A stretch of DNA of 64,000 bases from Phoronis australis (GCA_002633005.1 NMRA01000347.1:186001-250000); one strand, 5' to 3'. Counted from the stretch's first letter, positions 13,426 through 27,689 are shown. Translations and numbers: made by a program. Notes: generated by a model from the sequence alone, not told the origin.

Positions 13426-14289
13426 GTTCCCGATGCGCAGAGTGACTGAGAACTTGGGTATGGTGCGAACTGCGATTTCTATCGGCGTGCTTTAAAAGAA
13501 TTCAATCGTCACTTTTTTCAAGGTAACACAGGTGACAAGGCAACACAGTCCCATTCAGTGATGACATGCGCTCTAACGAATTTATAATTAGGGGGTAATG
13601 TGTACGTGATAAAGTGCATGGGGCGGGTAATGCGAACGTAAACACGCTGATTTTGCCATAAATCTCTCAACCGCTGTTGTACTAGGGACAGTTTTACATT
13701 ATGGCAAATTTGTAAAAAAATACCATGTCATGATCGACAGATAAATTTAAATGGGCCAGAGGGTATTTTTAGTGACGTCAACATCAAATAGCATCTACGA
13801 AGTAACTGAATGAAGTTAGCAGGGTGCCCAGTCGGTCAAGTCAGTGACGCAGGCCAATTGGCAATAGGGACTTGAAACAGGCACGAATGGGAGAATTTTG
13901 AAATCTCTATCGACCGAGTAGGACTACATTGACCATGTAAGGGGGCGAGGCATTGCTTATAGTACCCTCTTGTGGACCCACTATTATATCTAACGGCTTT
14001 ATGAAACAATTATTCATTTGTACAACTCGGTATTAATCCTAACAGTCTTGACCCTTGTCAAGTTTTCACATGGAGCGCTTGTAAAACTACGAAGAATATC
14101 AATCCCTCACCCGCTAGTGTAGATAGCATAGGGTCCCAGAGAACAGAAAAGCACATGGTTGTACATACCTTAAAGGACATTTTCTGCAAGATAGTGTTCA
14201 GAAAATTTAATTTCAAGCATTTTAGGTAAATAGACAATTTCCAAGTCTGGTCTACACTTCACCTGTTGGTCACATCTCTGGAAAGTTTT

Positions 14290-14365
14290 CTGCCCCAACC
14301 CGCACTCGAATCTGATAATCCTACATGTATAGACGCTCTAGCTAACTGAAAAATCGGGACCACCA
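14290..14365 (-). mobile_element. tRNA-derived SINE head (decayed)
   Basis: A-box and B-box-like motifs on the minus strand; better preserved paralog at 37520-37598. Confidence 0.5.
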
Positions 14366-17300
14366 ATCAGATTAGTAGTGGACATCTCATTCTTGAAGGC
14401 GTGAGATAAATAGTATGCCACCAGCTTATTGTTTAGCTCTTTTAGCTCTCGGTATTTTTCTAGTTATTATAGTATAATACGGAGTTTCCACATATTCTTA
14501 TGATATTTGTACTTGTTGATTAAGTTATTTTTAGAGCATTCATAATATATTTTTTCTAATATTTCGCTGGTTTTGGACCCTACATCAACATGGGAGATCT
14601 TATTGGATCGAATCGGATGCCCTATAAAATCTAATGCGACCGATATAGAATTTGTTACCAGAAATTATGCAAAAATTCCTATGACGATTAACAAAAGCAA
14701 TTTTAAGGTTGACGTTTGAAATTATCCATGTTCCGTGTATCATGTCACTTTTTCTTCCCTTCATAATTGCCCACAATTATATAAAAACAACGGGCAAGCG
14801 ATCAAGTGTTATGGCAATTCACACCAACAGGTAGCGCGATTTTTCTCTTGTCAACAACATTTTAGATTGTTCATGTTTCATGCTGCCCGATAAGTGCAAG
14901 ATTTTCATAATCGTGAAAGACTACTATAACTTCGAGTTTCCATTGAACTTGTAAGATGATGTGTTGTTTTTTTTAGAGAATTCAAACTGTTCTTGAAGTA
15001 GTTCAAACTTCATTATCGAGTCAATTTGGTATTAGACACTTCCACTCAGTGTCTTCAGACACTTTCTCAAAAGAATAACACACCGGCTGCTATATCATGG
15101 TGTAAGAATCGTGAGGCAGTCAGGATATATACAATAATTTAGATTTGAAATTACCTAGGAAGTTCAGTAAGATCGAACAAGATATTGTGCTGGAGTTCCT
15201 GTAGGATCCTGCAGGATACGAACTTGGGCCATTCTCGAACAGCGATTTCTATGGAAAATTTAATAAGACACCATAAGAATTCCTGTAAGTGATGTTATAA
15301 GATGTTTTTGTAAGAGATGACTTGCCGTGCGACTGAAATCCGTACATACGCAGACAACGTGCACTTTCACACTTACTAAAGTGCTCGAGGTTGTGCCTCA
15401 CGTTTTTAGGATTCCCAAATAGTGAGTGCACAGCTGAACAGTAAAACTTCGATCACGAATTCCCTTACGAACAGTTGCGAACAATTTTTTACCGTTGTGC
15501 AGGCTTCTCAAAGTTCTTCCATCCTTAAATTCGCAGCCAAATCGATGATTGTGTATAATTTTGGAATAAGGGGACAATTTTAGAACATCATATTTCTACG
15601 GTGTTGCCTCAAGTGGACTGTTATGGCGTTCGTAGGACCACCTTCCTTGTTTTATATACAAATATACTTTGAGTAGGCCTTCTTTCGACTGCGCGATTAG
15701 GTGCGTTTCGTTACACGCTCTTGGTTGTAGTGGTATTCCCGTGTCTTAAGACTAAGTGTCGGCATGTGTTTAATTTCGACTCGTGTGGAACAAGAGTGCC
15801 TTAAAAAGCCAACCCTGGATCGCCAGTCAAGTTAAGCCAGTGACATCTCCTGCGGCGTCATACGCCCAAGCGGAACTCTTAAACGTGACACAGACTTTCA
15901 CGACAGGAGCACACCGGCATTGTAACTGGCTAACAGCCAATCGAAGCATTTCCGAAACAAGGGGCGCTGAACGGGCGATTGATGAGAGGAATCACTAAAT
16001 TTTAATTGCTTTAGACGTGAGAGTAAATCCGTCGCTCACTTTTATATCATTGTTTGTCTAAGTTCAGGAGTTTAGTTAAAGTTACTCGGTAATACTTGGA
16101 ACAATATGCCGAGAACTAGCCTCCAGGGGGCGCTTCGCAAAAATAACTTGAGACGTAGTTCAGAAATTTGGACTTACGCTCCACACAACTATTTTTGAAA
16201 AATAAATATCACTTGACCACGAATTCAAAGTCTCTGAGAATATTCATACTGATGGATATTGATATGATTTATGTAAATTATTTCTAGATTATGATTTAGT
16301 TTTTCATAATTACTTGGTTCAACCTTTACTGAGCGATTGCAAAATGGGAGCCTCAGACCAAGTTTCTATTTAAGTCTTAAGTCTTAAGTCACTTTCAGTG
16401 AAACAAACCCCTTAACTACATGCGCATCATCAGGTTCATAAAACATACATTTTGTATACACACCTCAAGGCTATCGGTCATGATGCTGACATATGGCTCA
16501 TACTGTAAACAGCTGGTGAAAGGTTGAAGAAACGTTGCTCACTAGAGCGAACTTAAGAACTAATGGCAAGCCATCTCATTTCTCAACTTATATCAACGTT
16601 ATACCACAGCGATCCTTTCGTTCGCTACGGTACTGTGCAAACAATTCCATTGGTTAGAATCTATACACTGCTAGCCAATCCGATCACGCCGATCGTCAGT
16701 GAGCGTTTATTTCAGTATTTAACCGTCCTGCTACCGAATCAACCCTAGGGCCTACAGGATGTTCAATCGGTGCGTCGCTGCTACTGGGGTGGGGACATAT
16801 TTTCGTTATTGGAAAGTCAATGCCGACAGTATAAACCTATACACGCGCCAACACATGGAGGTCGCCATTACGTGATTACGTGTCCGAGCAACACTAAGGC
16901 AGTGAAAACAGAGCAGTTCAACACCAGCAATAGCGTAAAGTTGAATCACATTCAAGCCATTTAAATATTGTCAGAGTCGCAGTCTAATTCATTACCAACG
17001 TCACTGGTTATAGGTCAGTATTTTGAGATAATGCAGGACTCTGTTTACATGTACAAAACTAAATCAAATTGAGAGGATTTCGTCTGCTTCGGGTTGTGAT
17101 TCGGAGACGAGCAGAGTCGCCGACAGAGGGCAATGTAATGCAAAGAACTTGATCAACATGCTTGATCAACAATACACTTGAATATGAATACCTTCACTAG
17201 TTATTTAAATTCCTCTCATACTCCCAACTCTACAAACATGCACAAATCTCATAGCAGTGAGAAAAACAATTATATTTATTGCACGATGTCTAAATATTAA

Positions 17301-19476
17301 AACTTATCATTAACAACCGGCGTCATGATTGTGACACTTTTGATAAATTTCATCTAGACACAAACTTTATAAAACGGTCCCAGAAAGTTTCATGTTTCTT
17401 TAAATAATACATAGGCGTGGGAAAGTAACACCTCGGTCGATATCAACTCGCTAACTTAAAACGCCAAACATAAAAAAGCGATTTGAATCACCACTTAGCA
17501 CACATGTTTGTGTGTAGCAATTATTCAAATAATTTGTAGTTTTTGATTCGTCCGGCTCCAGTGCTTGGGGCACAATCAGTTTCATCAATATTTGAGAAAT
17601 GGCACCATCGTTTTTTAAACAAAACTTGCATTTGACCCACCTTTCTTCAATTACAGTTATTGATGCTGTATTAAGGAGTCCGATTGATCATCGAGTGTAA
17701 GCACATTTCATTTCGTGTCTCCTCTAGCTTGTCATTTTTGGAAACCATTTTGTTTTTTGTCCGTCTTCACCCATCTCGGTTTCACGAAGTTGCTCAACGG
17801 CGACTTGGGTAGCATGATCGCGATGTGTGTGTACACGTAATTCAATCACCAATGGAGTTTAGAATTAAAGTTATTTTGAAAGTAGAATATTCAGCTAGTA
17901 CCATAGCTAGATGCAAAGCTCGCAGTTGTTATTTTTGTCGTATACCGTAGTCCAGCGGACCAGGTCACGCGGCACACTTCATTATGATTATTCATTAACC
18001 GTGATGACCCCTTCCTATTGTCGAAGTTAGCTGTGTCGATGGAGTCAGACAGACAAAACTTTTAAATGAGATTTTAGTAGCAACGTCATGTTAGAAGCAA
18101 AGAGCACGCATGACAATTACCTAAAGTATCACTGACCACTGTTTGGAGAGTTACCATGCTCAAAGTTACTGCGATTAACAAAGTCATTAACCATTTAAGC
18201 TGGGATTATTCTCTTTATGCTTGCCTTATGGTATTGCTGTGACGAAGTTGGCCATTTCTGGTACATGTAGATAGGTAAGCACCACTCTCATTGGTTAATG
18301 TCTGGAAAATGCGGTTTATACAGCCAATGGAAAGAGGGGTTACATGCAGAAAACAACATTAATACTGCATAGACATAATGTAGTAGTTTTGCACTTAATC
18401 TGCAATTAGATACCTGTTGTTCGATTCCCAGTTGGGGATCCAGATTTTTCTGTGAATATTTGATAAATTAGTACATGCACGTGGTAGATGCATGTGGTTC
18501 CTCAAAAGGTTTAATAACTTTTGAGAAACCATATGCATCTCGAGTTGTCCCTGTATTGTGGCCGATGGAGACCTTTGAGCATAAATACTAAAATAAGGTT
18601 GTGATGAGTATGCAGCATGCAAAATAAAACTGGACAGAGCAAGAGTGAACTTCTTTTTAGTGCTTTGTCAATGACTCCCAGATTTTTCGCAGAACTCTTT
18701 TCACGGAATTTGTCTTTGAAAGATCATTTAGTTTAGCTACCGCCGACATGGCGTTAACAGCGTGGTTTACAAGTTGCAGCAACGAGATGTCATCGTTAGT
18801 TGTCGTTACACATTCACTAAGCTATACAACAGGTACAAGTATCTTTAGAACATACAGTACTTGTTATGAAGACAAGCAACCGGGACTTATTAAATTGGCA
18901 CCATTTTAACGATATTTTATGGACGTGAAAATAAATCACCTCAAATACAAGTCACAAGTCAAATAGATTGACCGACATATCATTATTACCCCGGATAGCC
19001 TTGTTTTGCAAATTTATTGAATTACATTTTCAAGTTTATTTCTCGTAAAGATCACCAATCCATTTCAACAGAACTCTTATGGCACATGGCATCGTAAGTT
19101 AACAAATACAATAATCATATAATATCTAAGATCGCATTTCTTTCCTCTTTTGCATTTCATGTTTTCTTTGAAATACTTTGGACAATTAAAAAAGACGTAT
19201 GAAATATCCAAGGTTAATATTTCTAATGTTTTAAGATAAGCATATCTGGCGGATGTCTGCATAAAGCGGGACTTGCAGTAGCATGCGTTTCATTTTTTAT
19301 CCTTGTCATATGTCTATCTTAATGTATGACATCCATTGACCATTATTGTGAGCTGAAGTGAACAAACGCGCGAATGCAACCTTATCCCAGACAAGTAACT
19401 TACTTTTTTATATCTACAGGCAAGTTTTTCATATCTACGGGTAAGTCGTTTTTGCATAATGTTTGCACACCAAGAC

Positions 19477-19634
19477 CTGCCTCCCGTTTTGTAACGCGCT
19501 AGGACCTCGCTAAAAAGCAAGACTTCGCGAGATTACGTGAGATATTTCCGTGTGTTTTGAATGAGGTCACGTTATTTTGGCTTGATTTTAGCTAGGTCCT
19601 AGCTTACGTCCTAGCGTTACTGAACGCACGCCTG
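19477..19634. mobile_element. ~155-bp MITE (GTTCAGTAACGCTAGGAC TIR family, Harbinger-like)
   Basis: Inverted ends and CWG flanks. Related copies at 49606-49759 and 62336-62492; partials at ~33370-33430, ~21260-21320 and ~50850-50910. Confidence 0.7.
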
Positions 19635-22475
19635 GTTTGCGTGGCAAATCTGGGAAATAGCTTTAGCGGTCCAACTCGTGACAGGTCTGTCGGAACTCGT
19701 TTACAAACTGCAATTCTTTAGTTCCACACCAGGATTTGTCCTGACAGAACTGAAACATGATATAAGTATTGAAGTCCTACTGCTTGTCCACTTGTTCTAC
19801 AAGCTCGAAATTGAATATCATAACGAATTTCAATTATTTGCATGATAACGCTTCATAAGTTTTAGCCACTACGTGACTACAGGTGTATTCTGGATTATAT
19901 TTCCGCGAGCTGCATCATTTCAAAAATGTTATACACCATTTCTATTTTAGGATGAAAAGAAATCCCCAAATTTAACATTCATGCATGAGGCTAGGTAAAT
20001 CGTCGAGTCTGCAATTTTCATATTTCGAATTTTTCCATGCATATTAAGTTAGACATGAAAGCCAAAAACGAAAGTTAGCTCTGATCTCTACCCCTTCTCA
20101 ATTTGAACCTGCGCTCACAGAATATAAATCCACCACCAGTATCAATTTTAGCCTAGACCTCGTGCTTTTTTGAAAATCTGAATAGAGGCATATCGGCAAT
20201 TATTGAAACTCCTGGTGATGATTTTCTAAAAGCCATGCAACGGGGAAAACAAATCCCGCTCTATTTTTGCTCCTCTCTGTCGGATGGATTTTACTGAAAA
20301 GGTGAACAACAGAAAATGAAGCGCCACCGATTGTCAAGAACAGACTGGAACCAACCATGGTTTTTGGACTATCGTGACTTTTTGAAACTAGAATTTGATA
20401 TGTCTTGGCTGCAAAATTTTCCTGTTTTTGATAGAGAAAGGAAACGTTCAGGACTACTTCTGTTCTTTGGCCAAAAATTGACCTCTTTCGTTCCTGTCTT
20501 AAATATCCACGATATCTGAAGGAAAACATCTTGATGTTGTTATTAGCATTTTAACGACAAATATTTATAAGTGTTTTCATCACTATAACTATTTCTACAA
20601 CACATGAATGTCGTCTGCAAACAATGGACACTATATATCATTTAAACCATTATTCACTGTTAAACTTCGGGTACTACTCTGTACCATTTCCAAGTCATTT
20701 AAAATAGAAATAACAAAACGAGATATTTGACAGCCCTGACCCATGTGTCACTATTGTGTGGTATGCAAGATTGAGCATTTCCATAAATAGATTATAAAAC
20801 ATAGATTTTACCAGTTATACCATATTTTATCATTTTAGAGCTCAGACAATGTCACCCTATCCACTCAAAATGCTTTTTGGAAGTCAACGAAACGGCATTA
20901 AAATGTACCCCTATTTCTTGAAACGTATTCCTTCATCAGTGTGTTTAAAACACACATGTTGTCCATCGTGCAACATCCGTTGAAGAATCATACTTGACTT
21001 AACTGATTACAGGTGTATATCGAATTTAAAAACAAATCCGCATGGAACGGGTGTTGCGGCCTTCACAAGTAAATAATGAAAATGGCAATTTTGCCGAAAA
21101 CGAGTGACATGCGCAGAGGGTTGGTTGTTCGAGAGCTGGTTAAGCACTGCCAGTAGACCTAAATGTGGGATAGAGATTGAGTTTAGTAATTGTCTTAAGA
21201 CGAGAAAAGACTAGCCAAAGTCGCATGTGCTCTCATTGAAAATATACACAGATATCTCGCGAGATCTCGCAAGATTTTGCATTTCTATCGAGATACTAGC
21301 GTTACTGAGCTATACCCTAGACTCGTATCTCCCAGATCTATGGTGTGCTGCCAGCCTGTCTACATTGTGTGTGATTTATGGCGATGTGAGTACATGCTTG
21401 GATTTGTGGAATCCTTTCTAATTATTTAACAAGCATATGTGTATGAATATCGAGTGTTTTTCTACAACCGAAAACTTCCATTTTTCTGTACCCCACCTCT
21501 CGATTCTAAGCCATCGCCTATGTTTAGCTTGGCCATGCTATTGTAGTCCAATACTTAAGTGTTTAATGTGAATAGACCTTTTGCATATGTGGTCAACAAC
21601 CTCATGTGCAGTCTCTATAATTAATTGAGGAATAAGTTCTGCAACATGCCTTCTGTGTTCCGATACGCTCTGCTGACGGTCACACCCACTGATAGTGGGG
21701 CCCCCCTTGCGGTGGGCTGATCCCTGAGTTGACCTACAGGTATGTCAACTAAACTAAGTGGTCGGTCATCTGATTCATGTGTGACCTGGACTGGTATCTT
21801 ATTTTTGTGTTAGAAGTATTCTTTGTTGACATTTTTCGTTCTACTTTGATACTAACTCAAGATAGTTGTGTACTGGACTATATTCCATTATATTATAGTT
21901 TATGTCGTAGTTTTCGCTTGACGAGCCCTGTGCTAAAGCAATAAAGATTGAATGTGAAATTTTGAGTTTTGCTGGAGTTTGAAGTTCGAACTTGGCTATA
22001 ACGTATCTTCGGGGAAAGTTCATAAGTCGATCGTACATGTTGATGCAGTCTTCGTCAGGGTGGCGAAAGTTATTTGGCTCACCTAAACACTAGAAGAACC
22101 AGTGTCCATTACCAAACCAGCGCTATTACCCTCTACTGACAATAACAGTTAATGTCATCCTATAATCTGATCAGGCTTGATAGCATCAGGAAACTAAGAA
22201 GCATTCTGTATTCATAGTTAAATACATTTTAGTATTTTTATTGTCTTAACAAAGGTAGCCTCGTCGGTCCTCATAAGTGGCCCTCAGCACATTTCTTTCC
22301 ATTCATAAGGTCAGGATCTAAAACCAGGAGGCAGGCGACAAATACTACACTGGACACCAAAATCGAAACGACTGTATTTTTCATGATCTCTCCTGATTTT
22401 TTTTCTTTGAAATCTTAGTCACCCCAATGCATTTGATAGAGTGATGCGATACAAGTTGTATATTTGTGTTTTCAG

Positions 22476-22614
22476 GGCCGTCATCACGCATTTCCATCGA
22501 CGGTTACTTGGCGAGGGTGCAAGGGCAGCTCTGAGAAGTACCGGGGGTATCCCTGTAGTGTTTGGGTCTTGTTTCACAGACTCACTGTGAACTCTGTTCC
22601 CGTCCATTGTCAAG
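22476..22614 (+). CDS. QSOX: Isolated exon of quiescin sulfhydryl oxidase (QSOX), start of ERV/ALR domain
   Basis: [27 protein letters not shown] matches the QSOX motif WxGCxGSxxxxRGxPCxLWxLFHxLTV. Intact ttttcag acceptor and AAG|GTAAGC donor. No other QSOX exons recognised in the window. Confidence 0.8.
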
Positions 22615-23204
22615 GTAAGCATTGTTGCAAAAATTCAAATTTTAAATTAAAAGGTGTGCATCTGGCTCTACATGTATCTCAAATCACAAGGGACAAGGGG
22701 CATCTAGATCTAGGCCATATTTCAGTGGTGTCCCTGGATCTGGGCTTTATCTCGATGGCCAGTAGCGGCATAAACTCGGAAATCATCTGATGGCAGTTTT
22801 GATTTTTGTATAAATGCTTCACCTGAACAGGAAATGGAGGTAGGTCCTGTGGAAACCACAACATGTACTGATGACGTACAATGTACATGTACGTGGTAAA
22901 ATTGTGATTATTATCATTATCGTTGTCATTATTATTATTGTTATATTTTTGTGCACTTCTACAAGATCTACTTTCATTTGCTGTAGTGTTTCATTTCTCA
23001 GACATACATGTATAATAAAATACATAAAATGCCGTCAAGCATTTAGATGTTGTGAGCATGCATCAAAGATATCTTCCATTTGAATGTTCATTTTTTATTT
23101 TGCATTAAGTACACTGTATGCTATCTCGCATCTGCCCTTTATTGCTTTCCTAATGATCAGCTACCAACTACTTTGACTGTTCAGAGGTGCCACCTGTCAA
23201 CCAA

Positions 23205-23310
23205 TGCTTGTTTGGTCACACGCCCGTTTTGTTGTCCATTAATGTTCTTCGAAACTTGCGTAGAAAATGTCTGAATACAAACATTACAGTAAATGTCACG
23301 TGGATACCTG
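23205..23310 (-). pseudogene. Fragment of a third copy of the TauE upstream exon
   Basis: GCCCGTTTTGTTGTCCATTAATGTTCTTCGAAACTTGCGTAGA...TCTGAATACAAACATTACA is nearly identical to 12117-12183 and encodes TFSTQVSKNINGQQNG. Confidence 0.8.
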
Positions 23311-23571
23311 GGCAATTCGTGCATTTCCAAAGTAACATGCTGGGTTACTACAAAATGCGTCATCACTCTATAATGCGAGCACATTCTGCTATTTCCGGAT
23401 TTATACCTGCATTGTACGGGACGATTGCATTGTATTTGCATCTGTTCAAACATACATACATGTACTTTAAAGGCTGTTTTTAAACCTGGAACTTGGCTTA
23501 ATTTCTGAACATGAGTGAGGACAAAGTTGTGACAAATTGCCTGATTTATTGTTTTTGATAAAGGGAGTCTT

Positions 23572-23735
23572 CATGGGCAGATCCAGGATTTTGAGTGGGG
23601 GGTAGGGCAGAGTATTAGTCAGGATTTTGCACGTCAGATATTAGCAACTCCAAACGGCCAAATGAAATTTGGGAGAATTTTAGGAGGGGAGGGGCATGGC
23701 CCCCTTGGCCACCGAACTCTCTAAATCCTCCACTG
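23572..23735. mobile_element. CA(G/T)GGCGGATC...GATCCGCCACTG MITE with 5-bp TSD (hAT5-like)
   Basis: TSD GTCTT on both sides; relatives at 34707-34977, 42394-43122 and 45317-45586. Confidence 0.7.
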
Positions 23736-25021
23736 GTCTTGACGCAAATATTTTCCATTTTGGAGTCAGGTCAGTTCAAGAACTTAACGTCACCAACTTC
23801 AAAGTTGGTGACTAGCCTTGTTTCAAGCTTACAGTGGAACTTGTACGCTAATTCCTTATCTCTGTGATTGCTTGGTCAAATTAGTTAGAAACACAACAAA
23901 TATCGACCATGTGAGTATGAAGACCGTTGAAAATTGCAAAATGTTTTGAAGAGCGAGTTTTTGTATCGCCGGAAAATGAACCGACGTAAATCTTTCAACC
24001 ACGTGCAGTAAGTATCATAACGTGGTGTTGGGGGATAACATTGCATGATGCGGACTACGTGAGCTCCCAAGGTACGTCATTAGTGCAAAGGTCACACATT
24101 TGCTGAACGTTTTTCACATTTATAAGTTGTTTAGGCTTTGCTATACGGTAGCATAGTTAGGAGCATGCAAATGCATCTTTAAGGTAATTTTAACACACAC
24201 AGGCACAAAATTTGTATATCTGTAATTTTAACACCATGTGGTCAAACGTGTTTACATGTATACTTTTGATATCTACGTGTATTTCGATGTTTACCCTTTT
24301 GTACCGGGGTCAATGGACTGAAAGGATTCCAGAAATGTCTGAAATCAGACCGTAACAACGAGTGATACTACACGGATCGACCAGCAGGACTGTCATCCAA
24401 TGAATGTCGAGTCCTACAGCTTGCATAATAGATAAGACATTTGATTGAAGTTATTCTTACAGAGGGCGCTAGCGAATAAGTTACTGCTTCATTGTTACTT
24501 AAATAACAACACGCTTCACTTGCATTAATTAATGGTTATTAAATAACAAATTAATCCCTGGATTTAATCATCCTTTCTCCACCCACGCACTATCTCAAAG
24601 CGTAGTTTCCATTTAAAATAAGCCCACACGCAACATCTGACAGATATCATGTTTTAGGCTTCACATCTGGTGTAAGCAACGTATGTCGCAGTTAGGCAAA
24701 TGGATACTGAACCCTGTTTTGTTCAGTGAAGTTACCTTACAATAATTCTGTTATTTGTTATTGGCTAATCTTGGCAGGGTAGAAGCATTTCTTTACTGTG
24801 TCACTCTGAGGATCCTTGTCGCATACATGTATGGGACGTGGGCACTGTCTTGACCCTCAGCCATTGATTAATTTGTCTGATTTGGCTGATTTAGCCAACT
24901 TTGTCAGCTATTGAACTTGTTCCAAATTTCTAAATGTTAATGATTTTTAAGGGAAGAAGATGGCTCTCAAACGGTGATGGTTTATGCATTTTTGAAGAAA
25001 CGGAAACGAGGCTGAGTTAGG

Positions 25022-25388
25022 TTGAAGACAACTGTGTCCACCGTAACCGAGTCATCAGACAAGCTTCCCAGCACTCTAAACGCGACAAATACTCTCTTCA
25101 GGCTAAGAACCGGCCACTACCAGCTGCTCTCCCATATGCATCGCCTGAAAATCTCACACACAGACGAGTGCCCCTGTGGCACTGGCCCCCAGACACCTGA
25201 GCATATATATGTACTGCAGAGCTGCCCTACGTTCGATACCCTAAGGCGCCAGACATGGCCCAGTCCGGTGGAACTCAAGGTAAAACTGTGGGGCCCGACG
25301 GCATCATTGCGGCGAACGGCAGACTTCGCCCCAAAGACCAGACTGACTATCTAAGCTACATGGCCGGGAACGCTGAAGAAGAAGAAAA
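25022..25388 (+). mobile_element. 5'-truncated non-LTR retrotransposon 3' end (I-group: Ingi/Nimb/I-like)
   Basis: LFRLRTGH...ECPCG..QTPEH..QSCP...KLWG C-terminal CCHC motif, then stop, short UTR and (GAA)n tail. Confidence 0.8.
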
Positions 25389-25579
25389 ATTGTCTCTGCT
25401 ATGTGACGGCAAGCAGTCCCCTCTGATCTGACACATTTTCACACACTGTTGTATCCCTCAAATTTATAAAGCTTGATGTGCATGCCCAGTTTCGTTCAAA
25501 GTACACGTACATGTAATATGGCCTCAAAGAAGGACCTGTGCCTGTTCAAACTTTAGGAAGAAGTTGTGTAAGGACCCAG

Positions 25580-26019
25580 TGGCCGGTTGCATGAAACAGT
25601 CCCAAATAGAGACTCAACTAAGGTCCCTAAATTTTTCTGTGTATTTGTGTCTTTGTGGGCTCAAAGATGTAATACTTTTCTATCATTTCATCTTTATTAT
25701 GAGCTCCTCTTTGATTAATGACATTTTCTAATACTAGTTGTTACTAAAAACTGAGCACAGAGTTCATTGAAAATAAATAGGGACTCAGTCCTTAAATTGG
25801 GGGTGTTGCATGAAAAGATCCCTAATTATTTTAGATGCATATTGACAATTCAACGTAGAGTTCACTCCCGATTTGTATCAAAGTCCAAACTTGACTTAGT
25901 GATGAAACCGTTAAAACAATACAAGAAGAGGCAATTGATGTTTTTACAAGTCCAAATACGCAGTAGATTTAGAGAAATTAGTTGATGCCATATTTGGGAC
26001 TGCTTCATGCAACCGGGCA
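25580..26019. mobile_element. ~440-bp Harbinger-like MITE
   Basis: TIR TGGCCGGTTGCATGAAACAGTCCCAAATA with CAG flanks; inverted copy at 47788-48222. Confidence 0.8.
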
Positions 26020-27609
26020 CAGGATCCCGTGCACAAAGGTACGTGTCAGTCAGGTTTATATGAGAAATCCTAGCACGCAATTATTAATGTGAGGTGTGCC
26101 CAATCCGGTTCGTGTTTCTGTTCTCGCGTGGACGGAGAAAAAAGTAGTGGNNNNNNNNNNNNNNNNNNNNNNNNNNNNNNNNNNNNNNNNNNNNNNNNNN
26201 NNNNNNNNNNNNNNNNNNNNNNNNNNNNNNNNNNNNNNNNNNNNNNNNNNNNNNNNNNNNNNNNNNNNNNNNNNNNNNNNNNNNNNNNNNNNNNNNNNNN
26301 NNNGGAAGGCAGGGAGGGAGGGAGAGGGAGATGGAGCGATCGAGAGAGGGAGCAAGAGGAGGAAATTAAGGGCTGAAATGTAATTAGGTACAGTTAGTTG
26401 GATTACTAAAAGCTCAAATATGTACCAAAAAATACTTTACAAGGCAGCTTGAAGAGAACGAAAGCAGAAATCTTTCTGTTTTTTTTTACACCTTAACATT
26501 GACTAAAACACACATTTCTTCCTCTTTATTTTGTTTTAAGTGGAGCCAGGTTCAGCTGTCAAGAAGGAGTGACAAGACGCCAGACTGCACAGAAGCCTTG
26601 GGAGAGAATACATTGCTGTAAGTACACATATTACTTCGACTGTGGAGAAATTTTGACAAAGAAGATATTGGGAATATTTTTGTATCAGAAGTGAATTTGT
26701 AAAATATATGCTCATCATTTTTATTTGTTTCTTTATTAGTTCTTCTTTATTTGTAAACATGGCCATCGGCCCAAATTAAAACAAACAAACAAACAAACGA
26801 GGATCATTGCGGTGCTATTCCCACTAGTCAGCAATATACAACCTGTTCCGTTATTTAGATGCGTAGTTTACATATTTTACAAAAAAGGTATCAGGATTAC
26901 ATAACAGTCTATGAAATTTAAACAAAGAAGAAATTGTCCAGGTGCTCTCACTTAGAAACTTAGCTCTGATTTCATAAAAAAGAGTCGTAATCCAACAAAT
27001 AGTGAAATTCATGCTTGACACAATTCCTCAAGCATAACGTACCACACTCTGTCTTGATAAGTCACATTTACCTGACGACCAGTTTCTATTGCCATTCTGT
27101 GGTTTGCACATCGAAAACGCGTTAACATAGACATCTTAATACTATAGACCGGACGCACGCGCTACTGCAGCTGACATTTTGACGCCATATTGGAGAGTGC
27201 CACTAGTCACGTGACACGGCTATTTGCTGTGTAAACAAACGGAGTAAATCGTCCTTTTCAAAGCGCGATATCTAACAAATAAAGAGGTCGAAGAGTGTGA
27301 TTTTTTCAGAAACATACAAAAACATGAGATGTAGCACTTACACGCGTTTTTTAAGAGTAAATCTGTTTATAGGGAAATACCAATACCGACTAAATTTAAT
27401 GTGAAGATCGCAACCAGTGGCAAATTCTCGAGTGGCCTGAGCGGCTGCACGCCTATCATTTCACTTTTTTTTTCGTTTTGTCAAGAGAAACCACCAAGAT
27501 CGCGCAAATTTATCATTTAATCCGTGTCGCTCGATGCAAATACATTATATCCAAATATATAGACACTGACGTTGGCCAGTAGTGAAACTTATCAAATAAA
27601 CACAGAAAA

Positions 27610-27673
27610 ATCGGGAACCACGGGTCTCTGAATTGCCGGTCTAGTGCTCTTACCACTGAGCTACCGAGGACCC
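27610..27673 (-). mobile_element. tRNA-derived SINE head
   Basis: Minus strand reads GGTAGCTCAGTGGTAAGAGCACT...CGTGGTTC (A box and partial B box). Confidence 0.5.
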
Positions 27674-27689
27674 GATATCTATGCAACTA

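Larger units (their letters stand above)
7330..21360. repeat. Segmental duplication copy 1 (paralog of ~30670-50945)
   Basis: Colinear matching blocks, e.g. 7339 AGGTGTGTCAATTTAGAA = 30682; 7817 GCGGGACGTTGTTAA = 30907; exons, introns and upstream DNA match through ~21340 = ~50920. Boundaries approximate. Confidence 0.9.

Noticed and set aside
26056-26383. ORFs spanning 26151-26303
   Set aside because: Artifacts of the N gap.
26539-26617. Possible + strand exon (tttaag...GTAAGT) as another QSOX exon
   Set aside because: No frame resembles QSOX or another family I recognise.
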